64,000 nt of DNA from Phoronis australis (Eukaryota > Animalia > Phoronida): positions 124,001 through 188,000 of the forward strand of contig NMRA01000323.1 in assembly GCA_002633005.1 (NCBI GenBank), read 5' to 3'. The first letter of the stretch is position 1, and each line of letters begins with the position of its first letter. The notes under the pieces were generated by a model. The model was not told the origin of the DNA and did no database searches. It saw nothing but the letters and a program-made list of their open reading frames with translations. Of this stretch, positions 51,993-64,000 are shown in pieces. Position numbers and translations under genes: made by a program.

Positions 51993-53499
51993 ACTTCTTT
52001 CATGCATCATTGCTCAAGTCAATAGCTAAAGTGTTATGCGCTGGGTGCTACCTCAGCTATTGGTTATTGTACATTGGTTTGAATGGAAAAGTGAGAGCTT
52101 TCTCAGATTGGCTAAAATTTACGGAACTTGTTCGCTGCGTCATACTTTTTATTTGAGCAGTAACTAAGTTTGTTTTTTTTTTTTGGAAAAGGAATAAAAT
52201 GGTTCAAAATAACCTTTGTAGTACATGGGAAATGTTCCTCTATAAAAGTCAGTGGGATCAAGTTTAAATTATGATTTGGTGAATTGACATGTTTTCTTTA
52301 AATCCACTTAGATTCATGCCGTATGAAATCAATAACAGCAAGTCAGTGTGTGTGTGGCGGCTGCAGCAACAATCAGGGCACTGTAGAAATATTTCCACCT
52401 TTTTTATTGCAAAATAACACACATTCAAAGACATTTCCCTTGTGACAATTCATACACACATATTGTCACTCACACTGTTTTACCTAAAACACGATTTCAT
52501 AAACTAAACCAAAATACCTTTTTTTGAAATATCTTCAACTTAGTCTGTGTCTATTATCAGCAGATTGTTTGATGTTAGCATACTGAGGTGACAACAAAGG
52601 GGAGAGTTTGTGGGGTGCGCTTTTTGATTCCAGTACATTGTTTTATGGGGTTTATTTTCATAAAGAAACTGGTGCTCCACACTAAGCATAACGTCAACTT
52701 GCCAATTACAACCTGACAAAATTCCCAGGTCACCAAAACGCCGGTAACTGAGATTGCCAAGATAAGGATTCGGGTTTGTTGGTCTAGACCCCTCAAATGA
52801 AGCACAGTTGGCAGCAGCTGAAAGCGAAATTGAAGAGAAACGTAAAAGTGAAAATCTGGTGAACTCGGCAAATTTCCACAAAGATTGGCGAAAGTCTGTC
52901 TTGCTGAACGGGAAATTAGGAAAGTTTCACATGCTCAGTATCAATCAAGTTTCCACATTACTCCTGCATTATTCATTAACAGGCCTTTCTGATTTTTGGC
53001 GGACAGTTTAGACTTCTGTCTATTTTTTACTGGGTTATCTGTATTATTTTGATTGTGTGCTCGGATGTGTTCATTGCGTCTTGGATTTTTACCTGGTCGT
53101 CAAACAAAATCTGAAGTTGCATTGGCGAACCCTGGCACCGAAAAATCCGTGTGTGGGGCTGTGTAATGTATTATGCTCACAAAAATAAATACAGACCTTT
53201 TGATCTTGTGGCAGTGTTTCTTTCAAAACTTCTAAGAAATAAATTCCTATTGAATGAGATTTTCTGCCAGGACCGTTTATCTTGACAACTCAGCTGGTGG
53301 AAAAGACCTCAATGACCTCGATATTCTGTGTAAAGTTCATCATTCTCGCAACAGTTTTTCAAAGATCTCAGATTGTCATGTGGAGCTAACAGACTACAAA
53401 TACTTAGTGTTCAGTTTCTGTGCAAACTTTCCCCGTCTTTGTAAGATAACACGTGATTGTATTAATATGCAATGTTGCTTTAACTATGCCCTTTTGCAG

Positions 53500-53614
53500 G
53501 CACCACCTCATCCGGTCAGAATGACGTGATGGGCTTCAACAACCGCGAAGCGTCATTGGCAGCCAGAGTACGCGAGGTAGAAGAACAGAATCAAATGTTA
53601 CGGAAACAGTTGAG
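53500..53614 (+). CDS. LARGE1: LARGE coding exon 2 (stem coiled coil)
   Basis: NNREASLAARVREVEEQNQMLRKQLS (cf. human [23 protein letters not shown]); phase 1->2. Confidence 0.93.
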
Positions 53615-54394
53615 GTAAAGACAGTAGTCTCTTACGGAGGTTACGTTTTTTGAGAACCGGTTTTGATGCATATTAGTGAGTGGATAAAACTGGTTCTCAA
53701 AATTCGGAAGCCCTGCAAGCGATTGTTACCGAGGTAAAGGCTTAGACAAGATTTGCAGCTTATAGCCAACCACTGCTATCCTGTCCCCTCCCTCCCGCCA
53801 ACTTAACATGATGTTAGCAGCAGTTATGTAACCTGTTGCAGCTGTCCATGCAAGCCAAATGACAACCCTAATGGAGCCTTGCTTCTAGCAATGCCTGGTG
53901 TTAATGTGCCATATGTTTATAAATTGTCATGTGGACAATTTCTCTGTATGGTCCTGGGTAATTAGAACACCTGTTTTCCTAACATATTTATTAATAAGTA
54001 GCCTGAATTCTTTTCAATTTTGTTTAATAATCTCTGGAGCTGTCAGTATAACTCACAGCTGCTGCTGTAAAGTCTCACTAATATCAAACCAAACTAATAA
54101 TCACCAAAACTGCCCTTTATTCATTTCTCATTCCCTTCCAACAGTGTTGTGATTGGTCACATTTGTCCTTCACTTCTAACACTGCTGTGATTGGTCACAT
54201 TTTTCAAAACATCGCTAGTAGTTACGGGATAGAACTTGAACATGGTTAATCATTAATTTGGTGCAACGTGTGGAAAAAGGACAAAATAAAATTTCGCTTG
54301 TCGGCCACATTGTGACGGAGATTATACTGTACACCGCGTTTTAATATGAATTGTTCTTACCTTGGTCGTTTAACACTTGAGTCATTACCAGATC

Positions 54395-54631
54395 CAGGGC
54401 TTGGAATTTTACTCTCTTCCTTGGTTTTGGTTTTCTCTTATTTGATTTCCAGTTCCCGCTTTTTCATCTCTGTTAATCATTTTTTTTACTTAATTCATGC
54501 GCAAACTATTTCTCGCAGTTAAATTTTACAACACAAAAAAATATTTCTTTCATGTAAGCCTATTTATTTGTACAACATTATATCAGCTGGAAAATTTTGT
54601 TTTGTTGTGCCAGGTGTCATTCCAAGCTCTG
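54395..54631. mobile_element. MITE, same family as 46740-47000 in the opposite orientation
   Basis: CAGGGCTTGGAAT / ATTCCAAGCTCTG termini and a shared internal sequence. Confidence 0.65.
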
Positions 54632-55383
54632 TAGATCTTATAGTTTACAGTGTGTGTCAGTAAAACCCTGAGTTGGGGACACTATTATTGTAAAGATGTC
54701 AGTTGCAGGTTACATGATGTAACATCCTTAGCTGCATTTCCAAGTAGTTCTTTCCTTGAGCAAGCCGTAGCCCAAGTTGACTTTCGTTTGATAACCTTTT
54801 GCCACCCTACTGTAATAGCTGAGTGGCTCATCAAGGGAGTGTTGAAATAGTCGCTTTATTGTACTGCAGGAAGTACTGAATCCAGCAGGCCGTTGGTTTT
54901 ATTCAGTATATGCCCAAAGTAATCGGACAAGAACTTATAACAGAAGCAATGGATAGCGAGTTGTCATAACTACAAAATAGCATTTTCACCTTTGCTACCT
55001 TTACTAAATCCCTGTCGCAGTTACTATGACAGCGGAATATTGTCACTAAATAATTCCATAAGGTTGGTAGAGTACAAATTTGACTATTTCTTATTTTCCC
55101 AACCAGCTAGTGTCCAATAGCTTCCGAAGATGGCTGCTAAGAGAAGCTGAAACTGTTAAGGTACTAACACTTTTCTGGTTGTGAAAATAAAGAAATAATC
55201 AAGAATGAAATATTGTTTGCTGTAAGTCGTCGTGATGGGAGTTTGCGATAATTTTGTCAGGTAACTTTGGCTGTGCAGTTTAAGTACCAAGTTCGAGTCA
55301 CATGACCCATGCTGGTCATTTTCCCACGTATCAACTTAATCAGTGGTATGATTTTCTCACGGACGGGCGACTTTCTCTTTCAG

Positions 55384-55528
55384 TTTGTCTGAGAACAAAC
55401 TGCTCAATATGCAATACAACGTGGCCGCCGCAGTGGAGACGGCTGAAAATGGATCTCTAGTCCTCAGTCCTCCCAATACAACCAACATTAGATGTATCAA
55501 TGCTGAGCCGGATGTTCCTAAATGTCAA
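55384..55528 (+). CDS. LARGE1: LARGE coding exon 3
   Basis: LSENKLL...RCINAEPDVPKCQ leads into the conserved KCE/Q-xIxVAIVC; phase 2->0. Confidence 0.9.
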
Positions 55529-56181
55529 GTATGTATTATTGACACCTACAGTTACTCACTACTCCATTCATCCCTTCAAATGGGATGTCTCATGTTCAAA
55601 GTGGTGATCAGATGACTGTCATGTGACTTAGAGGCGTTTTCTTAACAGTGAGTTTCAACAACAATGGACTAAAGCAGTTTTATATGGGAGCATAGCTAAT
55701 AAGGTTAATTACTGTTCATTGATTACCTTGGTAACCCATAGGCCACATTACGCTAACTTCGAATGTGGGCAGAGGAGGGCGCTTGGGTACTTAGTTGCTT
55801 TCGCACACTTGACAACCAAAATTACTGTATGTTTAGTTTATTTTGCTCACGTGAAAATGATAAGTGTAGAGGTACCTAAAAGATACTATTAACACTGGTC
55901 TAGTCCTCTATTGCTCAGATGTGACTGTGTACCCAGTTTGTCTGCAGCGGGTACGCGAAATTGCCCGGAACCATGGTTCCAGTATAGAGCCATTGTGTCT
56001 GGATCGACGGATGTGGTACAGGTCATCTTGAATTTAGTTGGTGTCACTGAATGCAGTAAATAAAGAGTAGTTTTTATAGCTGCAATCTTTTGTTTTTTGT
56101 GAGCACTAATTTTTTATCTTCAAATGAACAACCAGTCTATTACTTCTGATGTTTTATAACATACATCCTTTGGTTTTCCAG

Positions 56182-56484
56182 GTAATTCAAGTTGCCATCG
56201 TCTGCGCTGGTCATTCTGCCACGAGAGACGTCGTAACATTAATCAAGAGCATCCTATTCTATCGTAAGAACCCGCTCCATTTCCATTTCATCTCCGACAT
56301 CGCTGCCCAGACCAGCTTACAGACATTATTTAAGACTTGGGACCTGTCTGGGGTCGAGGTCAGTTTCTACAGTGCCCAAGAGGTGGAGCCAGATGTATCG
56401 TGGATCCCCAATAAGCACTACTCTGGTGTCTATGGTCTCATGAAGCTAACGCTGCCAAAAATCATGCCTCCGGACATGGAGAAG
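56182..56484 (+). CDS. LARGE1: LARGE coding exon 4 (start of the GT8 xylosyltransferase domain)
   Basis: [32 protein letters not shown]...[18 protein letters not shown] is unambiguous LARGE. Confidence 0.97.
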
Positions 56485-57487
56485 GTGCGTTGCTATGGAA
56501 ATTGCTGTAACTAGTATGCAATTTTACAAAAAGTTTGACAATTTTCCACGAAACTGACAAATTGTAATGCTTCAGTGGAAAAAAACAAAAGGACAGTAGA
56601 TGAAAAATATCAAGTTCAACGATTTTTTTACTCCAAAATTTCACCTATTTAATAAGAAGAAAAACAGGAGTAATTTTTTTAAAAACTGTTGTTTGTATGG
56701 TTGTGTTTTACTTTAGAATCATCACGAAGTTTTTCAGAACTTTATGTCATCATTTTGTTGAGATGCTTTGATGTGTCAAAAAACAACACATTGACAATTC
56801 AGACAGTATTTGTGATACTTCTTTCAAAGCTTCCAATGCTAATAGTTAAAGTTGCACTTCGCCCAGTGAAGGTGTATAATAGATAGGAAATACAGCCACA
56901 TCAAATCGTGTCACCTCGCGGTGATAGGATTCTCTGTTTCCGTCACCAACTAGAGCGTGGCTCAGGAAAATTCTTCGGAGCTTTTTGGAGCTGGCCAACC
57001 CTAAAAGTACGTAAATGGTGCATGTACGCATTGCCTGTGACTTGATCTGGTTACGGAAATGGAATTTTATCGCGGTAAGGAATATACGTGATTGATGAGT
57101 AAATGGCCTAATTGGATTTTTATTTTTTAACCAGCTAAACGAGGCGAAATACAGCTTTGACTTTGAGTACTCAGTAACGCCCTCTCCTGAGTAAAGAGCT
57201 TGTAGGCAGAAACATGTTTGATAAAGCACCTTTATGCGGTCTTTTCCCAAAAAGTACCCTGGTGCTATGGTCAATTTTCAACGTGACCTAGACATCATGT
57301 ACTAGGGAATTTACCCATCGAGCTCAAGAGCAAAGCAGGTTGAAACCCACAGTCGACATGGATGGACAGCAACATTTACTAGTTGAATGCTTCTGTGTGA
57401 TATGCAGCAGTGCTCTTTTGTTCCAAACAGTGAAACATTCTTGTTTTAGGTGTATTAGTTTTCATTTCGTTCCCCGTCTCTCCACAG

Positions 57488-57649
57488 GTGATAGTTCTGG
57501 ATACAGATATCATTTTTGCCTCAGACATTGCTAGTCTGTGGAAGATCTTCAACAGCTTCCAGACGCGACAGGCCATAGGACTTGTTGAGAATCAAAGCGA
57601 CTGGTACTTGGGCAAACTGTGGAAAAACCACCGACCTTGGCCTGCCTTG
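57488..57649 (+). CDS. LARGE1: LARGE coding exon 5 (DxD motif)
   Basis: [18 protein letters not shown]...[24 protein letters not shown]; phase 0->0. Confidence 0.97.
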
Positions 57650-58071
57650 GTGAGTTGGGCGGGCGGTTACTATGGAAGTATCTGTACCTTGTATGCTATG
57701 GTGTTTAATTAACCGTTGTTTGAGAATATTTTTGAAGTTGCCGATTGTACAGTACAAGACACAAGTAATCAGACAAGATACTGTACCCCGTTTTGATAGC
57801 TAATTCTGCCAACCGCAAAAATGTCAGCTAACAAGTGGGGGGTGGGGCAAAATTCTTGTTACAGAATGGTTTAGCCGCTTTATTAGCTTTTCTGTCCATT
57901 CCCCTTCATTCTCGGTCGTATAGAAAGGCAACTCTGACTATGAATTCAGCTTTTGCCAAGCCGTCATGACGGGAATTCCGGGTCATTTTTTCTTAACACT
58001 TTCGTCCTGTACTGTGTTTGTTTTGTTACCCTACTCGATACCTCCTTGAACTGTATGCATTTGAAACTCAG

Positions 58072-58203
58072 GGTCGTGGATTTAACACTGGCGTGATACT
58101 AGCTGACTTGCAGAAACTGCGCAGCCTCGATTGGATGCAACTATGGCGAGAAGTGGCAGAGAAGTACCTCATCACCATGTCGACCACCGCTCTGGCGGAT
58201 CAG
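58072..58203 (+). CDS. LARGE1: LARGE coding exon 6A (duplicated, putative mutually exclusive exon)
   Basis: GRGFNTGVILADLQKLRSLDWMQLWREVAEKYLITMSTTALADQ; cag|...|gt; 132 nt, phase 0->0. Confidence 0.88.
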
Positions 58204-58634
58204 GTCCGAGTGCACCCGCGCATGACATTGTATCACCCAATGAAACATGCACTGTGTCCCAGTGAACTGTCGTCTGAGCTTGTGATCTATTAATTGGTTT
58301 CAATTCAACCTGATCTGAGATTTCTTTTTGTAAGGCACACTCCTCCATTTGGGACAATGGAGATAAAGAGATATTTGCATGTCGATTTGTAAAAGTACTT
58401 TCAATTGGTCTTAATGTCTGAATTTTGTCACGATGAATATTGAATGAAAATCTAGTCTCATGCTTAAAGAACAGTTTACTGGGAAAACAGTGTGCAATAA
58501 AGGGGTTTACTCTGTCTTTGTCTGACATATACTCTGTGTATGCAAATTTGAGTCGTGCATTCTATAGTCGACTTACTGAGACGTTAGGTGTCAGTTGCAA
58601 CATTTTAAAAGCATGTATTACGGTAATGGTTCTA

Positions 58635-58876
58635 CAGTTTGGGACAGTCTCTAAAATTTGGGACACCACAATTCAAGCTAAAATTGAATTTTGCTGACGA
58701 TGAAAAGTGGGACATGGATGATTTAAATTTGTGCTTCCCCATAGTGAGTATCATTGCGGTGAATGAGCGGTTTGTTATAGACTGTCGAATTTGGCACAGC
58801 CAATATTGCCTATTTCTAGAATTTGGTGCAAGCTCCAACCCTGAGCAAAATAATTTATTTTCCACTGTCCCGAACT
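58635..58876. mobile_element. Small MITE between exons 6A and 6B
   Basis: AGTTTGGGACAGT / ACTGTCCCGAACT inverted termini. Confidence 0.55.
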
Positions 58877-59047
58877 AGAAAATTTTTACCGTAGGTCTTG
58901 CATGAAACTAACGTCGATGAAATCACCACAAAAGAGATAGGAGTAAACCACACTATTGCTATGTTTGTGCACATGCTAATTAATTGACTACCGTGCAGGA
59001 ATAGCCTTGTCACTAACCGCCTGTTATGTGTTTTTTTTTGCATGCAG

Positions 59048-59179
59048 GGTAGGGGTTATAACACCGGTGTGATCCTGGCGCACCTCAGCAAGCTGCGCCG
59101 TCTCAACTGGATGCAAATGTGGCGTGAGGTTGCCGAGCGGGAACTCATGACCATGTTGTCGACGTCGTTAGCAGATCAG
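59048..59179 (+). CDS. LARGE1: LARGE coding exon 6B (duplicated, putative mutually exclusive exon; closer to vertebrate LARGE1)
   Basis: [44 protein letters not shown]; CACTAAC branch point, poly-T tract, cag|...|gt; 132 nt, phase 0->0. Confidence 0.93.
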
Positions 59180-60856
59180 GTGCAAGTTTTTACCAACGCT
59201 TCTTGAGGATCGATTTTTTATGGATAGGTGGAAATGTCACGTGTAATGCATTACAGAACCCTTGTTTTCTGGATGGTGTGCAGTGAGCCGGGATATTGTG
59301 TTCTGGTCATCGCCTGCTAGTGCATTAAATGGCCTCTGATTTCGCGCCAAAATAATTGCCAAAATTGTCATATTTTTCCAGTTTTCAATGGCTGATTACC
59401 TTGCCAAATATTGTTTTGTGACATCTTCACAGACGCGCAAATGAAGCTAGCGTATTGCTAAACATTTTTTTAATCATTATTTTTGTTGCGGAAAATCCCT
59501 ACTAAAATAATCAAAATTCACCCGTGCGCCATATTGTGTGCTATGTAGGTGAAAAATTCCTGTAACTTATGTTCAGACCTGTCTTGAGCCTTCGAACTAT
59601 ATTAAACAAAATGCGTGATCACCGACGCCCATGTCTTCCGTACTTATTTGCGAAGCAACTCAATAGTTAAAATGTCACATGGCATTCTAGCTGTGCCTTG
59701 GAGTAGTTTTGTTGAGTGTAGGCCCAAACTACGGAATGGGTGCAAATCTCATAAGTCTGTGCTCTGAGAAGCACATAGAGCGGTATTTGTCTATTCGGAA
59801 AAAGGTCTAGAACTTACGTTTTCTATCATAAGGAACTCCTCTTGGGTAAGAAATACAGGAAATTAGTTTATGGAAATTTAATTTATGGCCAACTCATAAA
59901 ATAGTAATCCAGAATATTTCTAGCCGTCTTCATTTCTTCCATGTTCTGAAAAGACGTTTTAAAAATATTTTGTTAATTAAATGGAGACTGCGCACATTTT
60001 CACTGGCCCATAAAGTTGCAACTTTGAACAAAGTTTGAAACAGTTTATCTCGCCAAAATGCAGCCTACGAGCTCAGTCTGGCACATAACATACGGTACAT
60101 TAATTTGTGGAAACGGGTCTGTAAGTTCATCTTGTTTTAGAGTTTGATATTAAGTACTTCTTCCAATTAATTCAAAATCCCTACAAAACAGAAGACTCAT
60201 TTAAATACTTAGTGCATATTTTGGTAATACTTCAAGTATGTACGGCACAATAGGGCTGACAAGATTAGTGAAAATTTCTTTGTCAAATTTCTCGACAAAA
60301 GTAAAGATTTTAAAAATTTCAATCTATTTTTGGCTTTGTTCTGTTTCAGTTGTGTACAGTTAGGACAATTTAGGTAATTATGTTTGTGCAAAAGAAGAAC
60401 GTAACATCTTGATCGTTTATTCAGTCCCTTTGAAATGTTCTCTGGGGGAAAAAGTACTGTAACAGCTAAAATATATTTGGACCAGTCAAAATTTGCTTGG
60501 AATAGTTAAACATTTGAAAGGTGAAAAAGTTAAACCTTTCTTTTTTATACATTTATTGGCAATGAGAAAACATTTACAACAACACAGAAAGACAAGAACA
60601 CCACAGATATGTACAAACAAACACACGCGTGCCCCACAACCAATCCTCTTGACTACTAAGAAAAACCATTTCAAAGTTACACCATTTTTTTTACAAATTC
60701 TGAATTAAACTTTTCGCCGTTGTTCATCCCCAGCTCTCATCAAAAAGCAAATCTGTTCACCACGATATTAACTTTTATCAGAAAAACACTTTGTTAATGT
60801 CTCCAAGGTTTCATTTAACGTAAATTGTTTTGGTTAATCCATCATTAGCTACTATC

Positions 60857-62957
60857 ACTTGGCTTGGGAATAATCTAACGTCCACAGAAGTTGATTAATG
60901 ATGTTGTTTCCACACTAATTGGATTTATTTTTTGAACTTGTATAACTGTGGTTTGCTCAAGCGCTAATTCTTACGAGGGAATGGCTGGAGAATATCTGAT
61001 TGTTCTGTTATTGGATTAAAACTCCTGCATAATAATCTTTAATGCCAAACGTTGTGAGAAACATCTTTAATTTAAATTTGCAGGCTTTAACGGAAAACTG
61101 GAAGTAAAGTTCAGTCAGCATTAATTTTTAAATATGGCTGCCAGTTTGTTTTGTCATGTACATTTCTGCAGTTCATCATCTGTTGGTTCAGTGATGTAGT
61201 AAAGCTGCTATAAACTCATATTCTGGTGTTAAAAACATCAACTTTCTTCTGAAGCAGCATCATTACGTTCTTGTCCTTCGTTTGAATTGAAACCGGTTAC
61301 CTCGACTCATCTGGAATTCCCTTGACGCCAGCGTTGCCTTGGCGACTGAAACTAACCCGCTGCGACAAATAATTTTATGGATTTGGTCTGAAGCTTTTAC
61401 GACCTGCTAGTTCTCAAGCCTGGTTTACAAATTTTTGTTGTCGTAGCCTAAATCAAGGTTGGATTTTGACTGAAAGCACGTGTATTGAAATGGGATATCA
61501 CGCATGTGAGTCTGCTCACTAACAGCTGTTAATTAGTATGTTCTTGAATGCCAGTACACTGCTTGGTTTTTGCATTTAAAAAATAATTTCAGGTGGTCTG
61601 ATACACGTTGCACCAGACCTGCGCAGACCGCTCAAATGGGCACATTGCACTGATGACCTGGAACCATTTTTATGCTTTATTGAATTAAATATAGTTGAAA
61701 CTAAGCTGAGGAAATAGACCTGACCTGGAGTAAATGAAGTGGACTTCAGGCAGTAGTTACCACGTAGTTAAATCAGCTGGTACTTCACGTGTTTGATATT
61801 GGGTCTAGATTAAAGCGGTCAGCAGCCATTAAATTTTTATAGTTATTACCTTCAGATAAATGTTGAGTTTAGTTTGACAAAATCGATGGTAGTTGTTGTA
61901 AAGCCNACTTGGCTTGGGAATAATCTAACGTCCACAGAAGTTGATTAATGATGTTGTTTCCACACTAATTGGATTTATTTTTTGAACTTGTATAACTGTG
62001 GTTTGCTCAAGCACTAATTCTTACGAGGGAATGGCTGGAGAATATCTGATTGTTTTGTTATTGGATTAAAACTCCTGCATAATTATCTTTAATGCCGAAC
62101 GTTGTGAGAAACATTCTTTAAATTAAAATTTGCAGGCTTTAACGGAAAACTGGAAGTAAAGTTCAGTCAGCATTAATTTTTAAATATGGCTGCCAGTTTG
62201 TTTTGTCATTTCCATTTCTGCAGTTCATCATCTGTTGGTTCAGTAATATAGTAAAGCTGCTATAAACTCATATTCTGGTGTTAAAAACATCAACTTTCTT
62301 CTGAAGCAGCATCATTACGTTCTTGTCCTTCGTTTGAATTGAAACCGGTTACCTCGAATCATCTGGAATTCCCTTGACGCCAGCGTTGCTTTGGCGACTG
62401 AAACTAACCCGCTGCGACAAATAATTTTATGGATTTGGTCTGAAGCTTTTACGACCTGCTAGTTCTCAAGCCTGGTTTACAAATTTTTGTTGTCGTAGCC
62501 TAAATCAAGGTTGGATTTTGACTGAAAGCACGTGTATTGAAATGGGATATCACGCATGTGAGTCTGCTCACTAACAGCTGTTAATTAGTATGTTCTTGAA
62601 TGCCAGTACACTGCTTGGTTTTTGCATTTAAAAAATAATTTCAGGTGGTCTGATACACGTTGCACCAGACCTGCGCAGACCGCTCAAATGGGCACATTGC
62701 ACTGATGACCTGGAACCATTTTTATGCTTTATTGAATTAAATATAGTTGAAACTAAGCTGAGGAAATAGACCTGACCTGGAGTAAATGAAGTGGACTTCA
62801 GGCAGTAGTTACCACGTAGTTAAATCAGCTGGTACTTCACGTGTTTGATATTGGGTCTAGATTAAAGCGGTCAGCAGCCATTAAATTTTTATAGTTATTA
62901 CCTTCAGATAAATGTTGAGTTTAGTTTGACAAAATCGATGGTAGTTGTTGTAAAGCC
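60857..62957. repeat. ~1050-bp near-identical direct duplication around a single N (61906); likely assembly/haplotype duplication
   Basis: 60857-61905 matches 61907-62957 with few differences, and the junction is the N. Confidence 0.9.
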
Positions 62958-63768
62958 TTTGCAGAATGCAAGTAATATATTTTCTTGTTTGCTTTGTTCG
63001 ATATAGCCTTTATATTTACAAATTGATATACAGAAAATGTAACAGAGTACTAGTTAGAAGTTAAAGCTATAGAGATCACGTCATGCTTTTTGAGATGTAT
63101 TTGTTCCTTGCGATGTATTTTGTTGCTGTTTTTTATATGTCGAGTTACTGTTGTTAAACAGGCCATGAATCCAATGTACTTCATCAATTCCTTCTACAAC
63201 AGTATTGTATTCGCTGCTGCAAGCTTAGTTTATTTGAAGCCACCTTAAACCATAGTCTGGTGTTAAAAACGGCATTTTTCCCAGCCATATTTGCTGTTCC
63301 AAGGCAACATTATTGCATACGTATCCTTGATTTAATTTGAATTGATGGCTGTATAAAATAGCGTGGATTTCCTCTGGTGTCCATACTGCCTAGCCGGCTG
63401 CAACACAAGTCCACTGTAATAAGCACCTTAATGGCTCTTGTCTGAAGTGTTGATGCTTTGTCAGTATTTCTCAAGCCTAGAAATTGTTTCCAATTATGAG
63501 TAATAAGGAACAATTTCAGACGGGTTTTATAACATTAAGTGACCTAGATCAAACTTTGGCCTTTTGTTCAGAAGGTGTGGGATTAATGCACCTTTAAAAC
63601 AGCACCTTAAGCAGTAGTTCTGTGCTAGCAGGTACCGATATTGACTTGATATACGGACCGTTGAATGGATATTTAATTATGTGATTTTTTTCATAACTCA
63701 CTGGTGCTTAGATGCTCTGCACTGTTCACAGTAACTGCCATGAAAAATCAATATTAATTTTATTTCAG

Positions 63769-63894
63769 GATATATTCAATGCCTTACTAAAGCAGAACCC
63801 ATCGTTACTGCACCGACTGCCTTGTGAGTGGAATGTACAGCTGAGTGAGAATACACGTAGTGAGCAGTGCTACACTGAAGTGCAAGACCTTAAG
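63769..63894 (+). CDS. LARGE1: LARGE coding exon 7; the gene continues beyond the window
   Basis: [42 protein letters not shown]; tatttcag acceptor and gtgggt donor. Confidence 0.96.
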
Positions 63895-64000
63895 GTGGGT
63901 GTCAGGCTCACGAGTCCTGCAGCGTTTGGCTTCCTAGAGATCAAAGTGCTGGATTATTTTCATTTCCACACTCTGTTGTACTCCATGTGATCTGGAGTAA

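Noticed and set aside
60857-62957. 1-kb tandem duplication in a LARGE intron as a biological event
   Set aside because: The copies are near-identical and joined exactly at an N, so this is probably an assembly artefact, unlike the diverged exon 6A/6B pair.

Overview
AT-rich, intron-rich animal genomic DNA. The repeat types suggest an invertebrate, possibly a mollusc (inference). I can support three protein-coding genes. (1) A two-coding-exon, ~885-aa Lys/Ser/Arg-rich protein with microtubule/cilium-type motifs (+, 4214-7393). (2) A complete 10-coding-exon PEX16 (-, 22807-9418, 358 aa, all splice phases consistent). (3) The 5' part of a LARGE xylosyl-/glucuronyltransferase gene (+, ATG 44200, running past the window end), oriented head-to-head with PEX16. 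A probable non-coding first exon and promoter of a fourth gene (-) lies at ~1134-1255. The most notable observation is a tandemly duplicated 132-nt exon (58072-58203 and 59048-59179) in the LARGE GT8 xylosyltransferase domain, which looks like a mutually exclusive exon pair. Other points are the PEX16-LARGE divergent pair, which mirrors human PEX16-LARGE2, a Penelope-like inverted repeat with a hammerhead-ribozyme core, HINE-like repeats carrying CTCF-like motif arrays, a THAP-remnant Kolobok-like transposon, and three duplications flanking single Ns that are probably assembly artefacts.
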